Shown: positions 9,698 through 20,858 of the stretch, one piece after another
How the letters are laid out: each line of letters opens with the position of its first letter
How positions within the stretch are numbered: position 1 is the first letter of the stretch
NCBI GenBank assembly: GCA_045560945.1
Contig: JBJKYR010000010.1
Coordinates: forward strand, 1-53,695
Source: Alphaproteobacteria bacterium
GTDB taxonomy: Bacteria > Pseudomonadota > Alphaproteobacteria > HIMB59 > GCA-002718135
Direction of reading: 5' to 3'
DNA: 53,695 nt
Translations under genes and position numbers: made by a program
Notes under the pieces: model-generated
Seen by the model: the letters and a program-made list of their open reading frames with translations, nothing else
What the model was told of the DNA's origin: nothing
Database searches by the model: none

Positions 9698-11312
9698 ATG
9701 CAATATGTATTTATTACGGGCGGAGTTGCCTCATCACTTGGTAAAGGTATAGCTTCCGCAGCAGTTGCTTCATTACTTCAGCAAAGAAACTTTAAGGTTC
9801 GAATAAGAAAACTTGATCCGTATCTTAACGTTGATCCAGGCACAATGAGCCCATATCAACATGGTGAAGTATTTGTTACAGATGATGGCGCTGAAACTGA
9901 TCTTGATTTAGGTCACTATGAAAGATTTACAAATAGATCTGCAAAAAAAACTGATAGTACATCATCAGGAAAAATTTACTCTAATGTTTTAAAGAAAGAA
10001 AGAAAAGGAGATTATCTTGGAGCTACTATACAAGTTATTCCTCATGTTACTGATGAAATAAAACTTTTTATAAATTCTAATTTTGAAGATGAGGATATAA
10101 TAATTTATGAAATAGGTGGAACTGTTGGAGATATTGAGTCTCTACCTTTTCTAGAGGCAATAAGACAGATTCGAAATGATAAAAAAATATCTTCAGCTTT
10201 AATTCATATGACCTATGTTCCTTATTTAAGTTCAGCTGGTGAATTAAAGACAAAGCCAACTCAGCACTCTGTTAAAGAATTGCTAAACTCAGGTATTCAG
10301 CCTGATATCATAATGTGCAGATGTGAAAAAGAAATAAATCAAGAGTCTCTAGAGAAAATATCACAATTTTGTAATGTAAAAAAAGATTCAGTAATTCCTG
10401 CCTTAAATGCTAATTCTATTTATGAAGTTCCATCAATTTATTCTCAAGCTGGACTGGATAAAGCTTTACTTGAGCATTTAGGTTATGATGTTTCCAAACA
10501 CCCTCTTAATTTAGAAGCTTGGGAAAATTTAACAAATAAAATTAATAATTTAAAAAAAGAAGTAATTATTGGTGTTGTTGGGAAATATACAAACCTAAAA
10601 GATAGTTATAAATCTCTAATAGAAGCTCTTAATCATGGGGGTATTGAAAATAATGTTAAAGTTGAAATTAATTGGATAAATGCAGAAAAAATTAAAACAT
10701 CTGAATTAGTACAAGAGCTTAAAAGTTTAGATGGTATATTAATACCTGGTGGTTTTGGTTACAGAGGTGTTGAAGGTAAAATTTTAGCAATAAAGTATGC
10801 AAGAGAAAACAATATTCCTTTTTTTTTTTGGAATTTGTTTAGGAATGCAATTAAGTGTAATTGAGATAGCAAGAAATGTTTTTGATTTATCAGACTCTAA
10901 TTCAACTGAATTTCAATTAACCAAAAATCCAGTAGTTAGTCTAATGACAGAATGGCACAACAAGAATAAAATTGAGAAAAGAGATCAGGGTAGTGACAAA
11001 GGAGGCACAATGAGACTCGGAGCCTATAAAGCTATACTGAAAAAAAAGTCTAAAGTTAGTGAGATTTATAATGCAACGGAAATTTCAGAGAGGCATCGAC
11101 ACAGATATGAAGTTGATTTATCTTACACTAAAGATTTTGATAAAAAAGGATTCCATTTCTCTGGAATGTCTCCTGATTACGTACTTCCAGAAGTATTAGA
11201 AAGCGCAAATCATAAATGGTTTATTGGTGTCCAGTTTCATCCTGAATTAAAGTCTAGACCTTTAGCACCACATCCTTTATTTTCGTCTTTTATAAAACAT
11301 TGTATAAAATGA
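9698..11312 (+). CDS. pyrG: CTP synthase, frameshifted in a T11 run in this assembly
   Basis: ORF 9698..10864 ([31 protein letters not shown]) and ORF 10797..11312 ([20 protein letters not shown]) are the two halves. They join if the T11 run at 10819-10829 loses one T. Restored length is 537 aa. Confidence 0.93.
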
Positions 11313-12132
11313 AAACTATAAAAATAGCAGATTTTGAAACATCAAATAAAAAGAATTTATTTTTAATAGCTGGTCCGTGTGTAATAGAAAGTGAAAGCCA
11401 CTCTTTAATGATGGCTGAAAAAATTGCTAAAGTTTGTCAAAAAGTGAAAATTAATTTTGTTTATAAGTCAAGTTTTGATAAGGCTAATAGATCAAGTATT
11501 AATAGCAATAGAGGTATAGCAATAAATCAAGCTGAAAAAATATTTAATAAAATAAAATCTATTTTTAATTGTCCTATTTTAACTGATATCCATAACGAAA
11601 CTCAGTGTGAATTTTTATCAAAATCAGACAGTGTTGATATTCTTCAAATACCAGCATTTTTATGTCGACAAACTGACTTATTAATTTCAGCTGCAAAAAC
11701 AAACAAAATTATCAATGTTAAAAAAGGTCAGTTTTTATCACCATATGAGGTTCCAAATATTATTAAAAAAATTGAAAGTGCAGACAATCACAATATTATG
11801 ATTACAGAAAGAGGTACATCATTTGGCTATAATAACTTAGTCAACGATTTTAAATCTTTAGATATTATGAAAAACTATTTATACCCAGTAATTTTTGATG
11901 CAACTCACTCTGTACAAGAGCCAGGTGGCATGGGGGAAAAGAGCGGGGTAAAAGAGAATTTGTTTCTACTTTATCTAAGGCTGCTGTTGCAGTTGGAGTT
12001 GCTGGTATTTTTATTGAGACACATAATGATCCTGACAGCGCTCCAAGTGATGGTCCCAATATGTTGCATATTGAAAAATTAGAGAATTTAATTTCAAAAT
12101 TAATTGAATTAGATACTGTTTCAAAAAAATAA
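11309..12132 (+). CDS. kdsA: 2-dehydro-3-deoxyphosphooctonate (KDO-8-P) synthase, frameshifted in this assembly
   Basis: N-terminal part has [21 protein letters not shown] and [10 protein letters not shown]. After the G4 run at 11945-11948 the conserved tail [42 protein letters not shown] is in the +1 frame and ends at the TAA at 12130-12132. One G appears missing. I prefer the ATG at 11309 over the TTG at 11300. Confidence 0.9.
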
Positions 12133-12166
12133 TTTTTATTTAATTTTTTAGTATAGAAAGGCATAG

Positions 12167-13445
<1,279 letters not shown>

Positions 13446-13480
13446 CACAAACGTAATTGTTCTGATTAATTGCATTTAAT

Positions 13481-13795
13481 ATGAATAAATCATTAATTTT
13501 AAAGAATAAAATAGTTTTATATTTATCATTTTTAATAACTTTTTTTATTTTTATTTATCTCATTTATTTCTTTATAAATGGTCAAAGGGGTTTGCTTAAA
13601 TATTTTTACCTTACAAAACAATCAGAAGAATACAATCACACTTTAGCTAATCTCAAGACAGAGAATAATTACTATATAGATCTCACAAAAAGGTTGCAGC
13701 CCAATACTCTCGATTTGGATTATTTAGATGAACAGGCAAGAAAAAAGCTAGGTTTAATTGATAAAAACGAAATTGTAATTATCTTAGATAAATAA
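13481..13795 (+). CDS. ftsB: Septum formation initiator (FtsB/DivIC family)
   Basis: 104 aa with an N-terminal TM helix, then a coiled coil and LDYLDEQARKKLGL. Conserved eno-ftsB-pdhA position in Alphaproteobacteria. Confidence 0.75.
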   Translation: MNKSLILKNKIVLYLSFLITFFIFIYLIYFFINGQRGLLKYFYLTKQSEEYNHTLANLKTENNYYIDLTKRLQPNTLDLDYLDEQARKKLGLIDKNEIVIILDK

Positions 13796-13799
13796 ATAA

Positions 13800-13827
13800 T
13801 TGACAAATTTTTACAATTTAATATTAA
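13800..13827 (+). promoter_or_regulatory. Putative sigma-70 promoter for the pdh operon (TTGACA-16 nt-TATTAA)
   Basis: A perfect -35 hexamer TTGACA at 13800-13805 and TATTAA at 13822-13827, about 21 nt before the pdhA ATG. -10-like strings are common in AT-rich DNA, so this is weakly supported. Confidence 0.3.
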
Positions 13828-13848
13828 AAAATTTACAAAATTTTACAA

Positions 13849-14812
13849 ATGAAAAAATTATCTAAAGCCGACCACTTAAAAATATTCTCTTATATGATGA
13901 AAATCAGACGATTTGAAGAGAGGTCAGCTCAGCTTTATGGAATGGGTCACATAGGGGGTTTTTGCCACTTATATATTGGTCAAGAAGCGGTAGTTGTAGG
14001 GGTCCTGATGACAATCAAAAAAAATGATTCTGTTGTGACTACTTATAGAGATCATGGTCATATGATTGCTAGAGGTTTGGATCCCAAAAAAATTATGGCT
14101 GAACTTACGGGAAGAACCGATGGATATTCAGCTGGTAAAGGTGGTTCAATGCATATGTTTTCTAAAGAAAATAATTTTTATGGAGGACATGGTATTGTCG
14201 GGGCTCAAGTACCAATTGGAACTGGTATTGCATTTACTCATAAATACAATGGTGATCAAAATATTTGCCGCACTTACATTGGTGATGGCGCTATGAATAA
14301 TGGTCAAGTTTTTGAGGCTTTTAATTTAGCAGCTTTATGGGAACTTCCTGTCCTATATATTATAGAAAACAATAAATATGGTATGGGTACCGCTGTTGAT
14401 AGAGCTGCTGCAGGATCTCATTTATATAAAAGAGGAGAGGCTTTTGGAATTAAAGGTGAGATAGTGGATGGTATGAATGTTTATTCAGTTATTAAAGCAG
14501 CCGAAAAAGCTGGAGAGTATGTAAGATCAGGCAAAGGCCCCTATATATTAGAAGTTCAAACATATCGTTATAGAGGCCACTCAATGTCTGATCCTGCAAA
14601 ATATAGAACAAAAGATGAATTAAAAGAATATAAAAATTCAGACCCCTATAGACATTGTAAGAAAAGAAATATTAAAAAAGAAAATCGCAACTAAAAATGA
14701 TTTAGATAATTTAAATAAAGAAATTATTGAAGAGATAAAATCTGCTGCTGAGTTTGCTCTTGAAAGTAAATTTCCGTCTAGTCAAGAATTATATACAGAT
14801 GTTTATATTTAA
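13849..14812 (+). CDS. pdhA: Pyruvate dehydrogenase E1 alpha subunit, frameshifted near the 3' end in this assembly
   Basis: RRFEERSAQLYGMGHIGGFCHLYIGQEA, YRDHGH and YRYRGHSMSDP. After the C4 run at 14643-14646 the conserved tail (DPIDIVRKEILKKKIATKNDL...EFALESKFPSSQELYTDVYI) continues in another frame to the TAA at 14810-14812. One extra C. Confidence 0.92.
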
Positions 14813-16160
14813 ATGAGTATTGAAATACTAATGCCAGCATTATCGCCTACTATGACAGAAGGCAACTTAACTAAATGGTTAGTTAGTGAGGGCCAGGAGA
14901 TAAAAGCAGGAGATGTAATAGCAGAGATAGAAACTGATAAAGCAACCATGGAAGTAGAAGCCGTAGATGAAGGATTTGTTGAAAAATTACTTTATAAAGA
15001 AGGAGATATTAATATACCTGTTAACAAACCTATCGCATTAATTTCAGCAGAGAAAGATCCATCGAATGAGACTAAAGAAGAAAAAATTGGAAAATCTTCA
15101 AAAAAAGAAAACCAAGAAATAAATAAAACAAAAGAAAGCAATTCTATTCACCAGGAAATATATACAGAAAAAAGCAAAGATCAAATTACTATGAGGCAGG
15201 CAATTAGAGATACAATTGCGGAAGAAATGAGAAAAGACAAAAAAGTTTTTATACTTGGTGAAGAAGTAGCTGAGTACCAAGGTGCATATAAAGTTACACA
15301 AGGTCTTTTGGATGAGTTTGGAGAAAAAAGAGTCATTGATACGCCTATCTCAGAGCATGGCTTTACTGGATTAGCGGTTGGTGCTGCATTCAAGGGATTG
15401 ATACCTATTGTTGAATTTATGACTTTTAACTTTTCAATGCAAGCTATTGATCAAATTATCAATTCTGCTGCAAAGACATTATATATGTCAGGGTGGGCAA
15501 ATTAATTGTCCAATTGTTTTTCGCGGCCCAAATGGTGCTGCTGCCCAGGTTGCAGCACAACATAGTCAAGATTTTTCATCTTGGTATGCCCATGTACCTG
15601 GTTTAAAAGTTATTGCCCCATCTACAACTTTAAATGCTAAAGGTCTTCTTCGCGAAGCAATAAGAGATCCTAACCCTGTAATATTCTTAGAAAATGAGAT
15701 TCTATATGGTCTTAAAGGTGAAGTCTCATTAGATGAAAATTTTACAATACCATTTGGTAAGGCAAATATTGCAAAAGAAGGAAAAGATACAACTATCGTC
15801 ACATACTCAATAATGCTTCATAAATCATTAGAGGCTGCAAAAATATTAAAAGAAAAACATAACTTAGATATAGAAGTAATTGATCTTCAGAGTTTAAGAC
15901 CACTTGACTCAGAAACCATTATAAACTCTGTTAAAAAGACAAATAGAATTGTAACAGTAGAAGAGTCATGGCCTTTTGCGAGTGTAGGTTCTGAGATAGT
16001 AAATTTGGTTCAAAAAAACGCTTTTGACTATCTAGATGCTCCCATAATTAAGATTAATAGTGCAGATGTTCCAATGCCTTATTCAAGTGAATTAGAAAAA
16101 TTATATCTACCTCAAATTGATGATATTGTAAAAGCTGTTAAAGAAGTTAATTATATATAA
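14813..16160 (+). CDS. pdhB: Pyruvate dehydrogenase E1 beta subunit with N-terminal lipoyl domain, frameshifted in this assembly
   Basis: ORF 14813..15505 has a lipoyl domain ([17 protein letters not shown]...[15 protein letters not shown]), a linker and the transketolase-like Pyr domain. ORF 15447..16160 continues it ([26 protein letters not shown]). The two join if one G is removed at 15491-15493. Restored length is 448 aa. Confidence 0.92.
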
Positions 16161-16163
16161 GTT

Positions 16164-17393
16164 ATGTCTTCAAAAATTTTAATGCCGGCTTTATCGCCAA
16201 CTATGACTGAAGGTGCAATTAACAAATGGTTAGTGAAAATTGGTGATAATGTTAAAGCTGGAGATATTATTGCAGAAATAGAAACTGATAAAGCTACAAT
16301 GGAAGTAGAGTCAGTAGATGAAGGTAAAATAACTCATCTCCTTGAAGAAAATCCTAATATTCAAGTTTCTGTAAATAGTGTGATTGCTATCATCGATGGG
16401 AAAGAAAGTGACTCTCTTGAAGATAGCACTTTAACAAAAGATATAGTTAAAGATGAAATTGAATCAGAAGATAAACAAGCGTCTAAATCAAATGAAAAAA
16501 AAGACACTAAAAAAGATATTGTTACTGATACATTCAATAATAAAATAAAAGCATCTCCCTTGGTAAAAAAAATTTCCAAAGATCAAAATATTGATCTGAA
16601 TAAAATAAATGGATCAGGTCCAGATGGAAGAATTATTAAAAGAGATATTGAGTCAAATTCTACTCTTAAAATATCTTCAGAGCACAAAATTAGTCAAGAT
16701 TTTATTGTACCCAGTATGATGCGTAAAGTAATAGCTAAACGTACAACAGATGCAAAACAACAAATACCTCATTTTTATTTAACAATAGAGTCCAATGTAG
16801 ATAAGTTAATAGATCTAAGAAAAAAAATTAATGAGAATAACTCTATAAAGATTTCATTTAATGATTTGATTGTTAAAGCTTTAGGAATGGCAATGAAAAA
16901 AAACCCCAATACAAATGTATACTGGCAGGATAATAAAATTTATCAGTTGAAAGATATTGACGTATCAGTTGCCGTTGCAATTGATGAAGGTCTTATTACT
17001 CCAATTATTAAAGCAGTTAATTCAAAAGGGCTTAACGAAATATCACTTGAGATAAGAGAATTAGCTAAGTTAGCTAAAACAAATTCTTTGACTCCAAAGC
17101 AATATACTGGAGGGTCTATAACAGTATCTAATTTAGGAATGTTTGGAATAAGTGAATTTGCTGCCATAATTAGTCCTCCACAATCATCAATTTTAGCTGT
17201 TGGTAAAATTATTAAAAAACCTATTGTATTAAATGATTCTGTGAAGATAGGTCATACCCTAAAATCTACTTTATCTGCTGATCATCGTGTTTTAGATGGT
17301 GCAGTTGCGGGGAAATTGTTAAAAGATTTTAATGATATTATTGAAGATCCATTTGAAATATGGATGAATAGCAATGATATGGAAGTAATTTGA
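16164..17393 (+). CDS. pdhC: Dihydrolipoamide acetyltransferase (PDH E2)
   Basis: 409 aa with a lipoyl domain, a peripheral subunit-binding domain ([27 protein letters not shown]) and a catalytic domain ending [11 protein letters not shown]. Confidence 0.92.
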   Translation: MSSKILMPALSPTMTEGAINKWLVKIGDNVKAGDIIAEIETDKATMEVESVDEGKITHLLEENPNIQVSVNSVIAIIDGKESDSLEDSTLTKDIVKDEIESEDKQASKSNEKKDTKKDIVTDTFNNKIKASPLVKKISKDQNIDLNKINGSGPDGRIIKRDIESNSTLKISSEHKISQDFIVPSMMRKVIAKRTTDAKQQIPHFYLTIESNVDKLIDLRKKINENNSIKISFNDLIVKALGMAMKKNPNTNVYWQDNKIYQLKDIDVSVAVAIDEGLITPIIKAVNSKGLNEISLEIRELAKLAKTNSLTPKQYTGGSITVSNLGMFGISEFAAIISPPQSSILAVGKIIKKPIVLNDSVKIGHTLKSTLSADHRVLDGAVAGKLLKDFNDIIEDPFEIWMNSNDMEVI

Positions 17394-17394
17394 A

Positions 17395-18321
17395 ATGAGT
17401 GAAGTAAGACATCCTGAAAAAGTTTTCCGTGTTTCAAACCCTATTCCTAAGAAACCTTCCTGGATAAGGGTTAAAGCTCCAACATCAAAATTTTTTAAAT
17501 CAACAGATAAAATTTTAAAAAATAAAAAAATAATTACTGTTTGTGAAGAAGCTGCATGCCCCAATATTTCTGAATGCTGGCAAAAAAAACATGCTACATT
17601 TATGATATTAGGGGATATTTGCACGAGAGCCTGCGCGTTTTGTAATATAAAAACTGGTAAGCCTGGTTTTATCGATAAAGAGGAGCCAAATAAAATTGCA
17701 GAAGTAGTATGTGAATTAGGTTTAGAACATGTTGTTGTTACAAGTGTTGATAGAGATGATTTGGAAGATGGTGGGGCTGAACATTTTACAACAGTAATTT
17801 CTTCAATTAGAAAATTAAACCCAAGTTGTACAGTAGAAATTCTAACGCCAGATTTTCATAAAAAACCTAAAGCACTAGATATTCTTTCAAATGATTTACC
17901 AGATGTATTTAATCATAATCTAGAAACTGTACCAAGACTGTATTTAAGTATTAGACCTGGATCTAGATATTTCGTAAGTTTAAAACTTTTAGCAGATATT
18001 AAAAAACTTAATCCTAAGGTATTTACAAAATCAGGATTAATGGTGGGTTTAGGTGAAACTAAAGATGAAATTTATCAAGTAATGGATGATTTGCGAGCAG
18101 CAGATGTGGATTTTATTACAATTGGTCAATATTTGCCTCCAACACCAAAACATGCAAAACTGGAGAAATTTATTACTCCTAAAGAATTTGATGAGTACAA
18201 GCAAATGGCTGTAGCAAAAGGATTTTTGATGGTTGCTTCATCACCTTTAACACGGTCGAGCTACCATGCGTCTGAAGATTTTAGAGTTATGCAACAAAAT
18301 AGAGCTTTCAAAAATCTTTAA
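17395..18321 (+). CDS. lipA: Lipoyl synthase
   Basis: 308 aa with [13 protein letters not shown] and the radical-SAM cluster CTRACAFC. Confidence 0.94.
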   Translation: MSEVRHPEKVFRVSNPIPKKPSWIRVKAPTSKFFKSTDKILKNKKIITVCEEAACPNISECWQKKHATFMILGDICTRACAFCNIKTGKPGFIDKEEPNKIAEVVCELGLEHVVVTSVDRDDLEDGGAEHFTTVISSIRKLNPSCTVEILTPDFHKKPKALDILSNDLPDVFNHNLETVPRLYLSIRPGSRYFVSLKLLADIKKLNPKVFTKSGLMVGLGETKDEIYQVMDDLRAADVDFITIGQYLPPTPKHAKLEKFITPKEFDEYKQMAVAKGFLMVASSPLTRSSYHASEDFRVMQQNRAFKNL

Positions 18322-18758
18322 TGAAAAATTCAAAAAAAGAGGAAGTTATCTCTCATTCAGCAATAAAACTTTTTAACATTGTTTTAGATATAGAAAGTTA
18401 TCCAGAATATATTCCCTGGTGTACTAAGATGGTTATTAATCAAAGAAAAAAAAATGAAATTTATGCTGATATGTATGTAAAATATAAGTTTATTTTATCT
18501 CAAAAATTTGGTTCTCATGTTAGATTTGATACAAATAATTTAACAATAGAAACAAGTTATATTGAGGGACCTCTTAAAGATTTGACAACTAAATGGAAAT
18601 TTGAAGAAATAGATAAAACAAAATCAAAAATTTTTTTTGATGTAAATTTTGAATTTAAAAATTATCTTCATCAAAAAATTGCAGAAACTTTTTATCCTTT
18701 AATTGAAAACAAAATGATAGATTCTTTTAAAAAAAGAGCAGATAATAGTTTAGATTAA
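18321..18758 (+). CDS. SRPBCC-fold protein (RatA / COQ10-like polyketide cyclase-dehydrase family)
   Basis: 145 aa, with size and pattern (YPEYIPWC ... WKF) typical of the cyclase/dehydrase protein that follows lipA in Alphaproteobacteria. Confidence 0.65.
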   Translation: MKNSKKEEVISHSAIKLFNIVLDIESYPEYIPWCTKMVINQRKKNEIYADMYVKYKFILSQKFGSHVRFDTNNLTIETSYIEGPLKDLTTKWKFEEIDKTKSKIFFDVNFEFKNYLHQKIAETFYPLIENKMIDSFKKRADNSLD

Positions 18759-19214
18759 TTCCGATAAGTATTTAAAAATTGAGTTTACACATTTTTTTTG
18801 AATTTCTATTCTAGATCCTTTAAAATTTTTTTTAAGAATTTCTATTTTTCCATTTAATCTTATCCCAATATATACCAAACCTACAGGCTTACTTTCATTA
18901 CCACCACCAGGACCAGCTATACCAGTTGTAGATATGCAAATATTAGTATTAGTTTTCATAAATAATCCTCTAACCATCTCTGTAGCTGTTTCTTTACTTA
19001 CTGCACCATATTTTTTAATTGTTGCTTTTTTTACATTTAGATTTCTAATTTTTAATTCATTAGAATAAGTAATATATCCCCCTTGATATATTTTTGAAGA
19101 GTCTTTATTTTTAGTAATAGTATATGCTAAAAGACCCCCAGTACATGACTCCGCAGTAGCAATTGTAATACCGTCATTAATTAGTTGATTGATTATTTTT
19201 TTATATAAATGCAT
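18750..19214 (-). CDS. CinA C-terminal domain protein (nicotinamide-nucleotide amidohydrolase PncC-like)
   Basis: 154 aa with ATAESCTGGLLA, TGIAGPGGG and KPVGLVYIG. Confidence 0.85.
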   Translation of the reverse strand: MHLYKKIINQLINDGITIATAESCTGGLLAYTITKNKDSSKIYQGGYITYSNELKIRNLNVKKATIKKYGAVSKETATEMVRGLFMKTNTNICISTTGIAGPGGGNESKPVGLVYIGIRLNGKIEILKKNFKGSRIEIQKKCVNSIFKYLSELI

Positions 19215-19674
19215 TTAGAATTATTAATGTTAAAACTGTATATAAACCAGCAATAATATCATCAAGAATTACACCATAGCCATTTTTATAATATTTATCA
19301 AAAAAATTAGCTGGAAAAATTTTTAAAATATCAAAAAATCTAAATAAAATAAATATTAGTAAATATGTTAAAAAATCATTAAAAAAAAATATTAAATCAT
19401 AAAATAGAAATATTATAAAAACACCAAGTAACTCATCTATAACAATATGTTTAGAGTCATGTGAGTTTGTTATTAATGTAAAATAATTTATTAAATAATT
19501 TGAGATAAAAAATAAAAAAATAAATATTGTTGCTAAAATTATTAAAGGTAATGATAAAATATTAAATAAAATATACATTATTAATAAAGATACCAAGGTG
19601 CCCCAGGTACCGGGAGCAAATTTAATATAACCAACAAAAAAAATTGATACTAAAAATTTAGTAAGGTTTATCAT
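19201..19674 (-). CDS. pgpA: Phosphatidylglycerophosphatase A
   Basis: 157 aa, polytopic, with the FAPGTWGT motif and a DDIIAG C-terminal motif. Confidence 0.85.
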   Translation of the reverse strand: MINLTKFLVSIFFVGYIKFAPGTWGTLVSLLIMYILFNILSLPLIILATIFIFLFFISNYLINYFTLITNSHDSKHIVIDELLGVFIIFLFYDLIFFFNDFLTYLLIFILFRFFDILKIFPANFFDKYYKNGYGVILDDIIAGLYTVLTLIILNAFI

Positions 19675-20797
19675 TTGTAATCTGTACTATTGATTCAGCT
19701 GCAATTCCAAGTCCATCTCCTATAAATCCAATTTTTTCATTTGATGTAGCTTTAATTGAAATAATTTTCTCAGGAATTTTAAGTATGGAAGATATTTTTG
19801 ATATCATTTTTTTTCTATATTTATTTATATTAGGTTTTTCGCAGATAAAATTAATATCTAAATTAGCTATAAAATATTTATTTTCTTGAAGTTTAATTTT
19901 AGCAAATTTTAAAAAATGTTCAGAATTTTTATTTTTCCATTTTAAGTCCTTATTTGAAAAATAATAACCTATATCTTTCATTGATAGAGCTCCAAATATA
20001 CTATCACAAATTGCGTGAATTCCTACATCAGCATCTGAATGACCTATTAATTTATTAAAGTTAATTTTTACACCACATAATTTTAAGCCTTTGTTTTTAC
20101 TAGTATCAACTCGATGAATATCGTAACCAATGCCAGATTTATATTTTGGTTTTAAAAAAAGCTTAAAGTAATTTAAATCTTCAGGATATGTTATTTTGAT
20201 ATTTAATTTTTCACCTTTAATAAAATTTAGTTTATTTTGAGAAATTAAGACGGAGTCATCTTTTGCATTATTTATTTTTGCATTAACATGAGATTTAAAA
20301 ATTGTATTAAAATCAAATCCTTGAGGTGTTTGAATTAATTTTATATTTTGATTAAATTCTTTTTTTGAAATTACTTTTCTATCAGGGCTTAGAGTATAAG
20401 GTATAGCTGAAAAATTTTTATCAAGTTGTTTTAATATTTTTAATGTTAATTTATTAGAGCAAAAAGGTCTTGCAGCATCATGTATTAGAACATTTTTTAG
20501 TTTATATTTTTTTAATTTTTTAATAGCATTAAAAGATGATATTTGTCTATTAGTCCCAGCCTCTGCATATACAAGTTTTCTTAAAGGAAAATTCTTTTTA
20601 AGATTTTTAAAAAATCTAAGATAGGATTTTTTAATTACAATTAATATTATATCAAAATTACTAGTGTCTATGCGGTTTAAAAAAAAATCTATAAGATTTG
20701 TACCGTTAATTTCATTAAATTGTTTAGGTAGTTTTTTGGTAAACCTTTCGCCAGTTCCTCCGGCTAGGATAACGAGTGCATTTTTAGTTTTTTTCAT
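19658..20797 (-). CDS. ispDF: Bifunctional IspD/IspF (MEP cytidylyltransferase / MEcPP synthase)
   Basis: 379 aa. N-terminus has ILAGGTGERF and HDAARP. C-terminus has GIGYDIHR and GHSDADVGIHAICDSIFGA. Confidence 0.92.
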   Translation of the reverse strand: MKKTKNALVILAGGTGERFTKKLPKQFNEINGTNLIDFFLNRIDTSNFDIILIVIKKSYLRFFKNLKKNFPLRKLVYAEAGTNRQISSFNAIKKLKKYKLKNVLIHDAARPFCSNKLTLKILKQLDKNFSAIPYTLSPDRKVISKKEFNQNIKLIQTPQGFDFNTIFKSHVNAKINNAKDDSVLISQNKLNFIKGEKLNIKITYPEDLNYFKLFLKPKYKSGIGYDIHRVDTSKNKGLKLCGVKINFNKLIGHSDADVGIHAICDSIFGALSMKDIGYYFSNKDLKWKNKNSEHFLKFAKIKLQENKYFIANLDINFICEKPNINKYRKKMISKISSILKIPEKIISIKATSNEKIGFIGDGLGIAAESIVQITNDKPY

Positions 20798-20858
20798 TTA
20801 TAGGATGATTATATATTAGTTTATTATAGAATTATAAATATAAATAAAGCCTACCGTA

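Noticed and set aside
18321-18758. The RatA-like SRPBCC protein as a toxin of a toxin-antitoxin system.
   Set aside because: No antitoxin or RnfH-like partner is adjacent. The gene sits in the conserved lipA-downstream position typical of the COQ10-like housekeeping homologue in Alphaproteobacteria.
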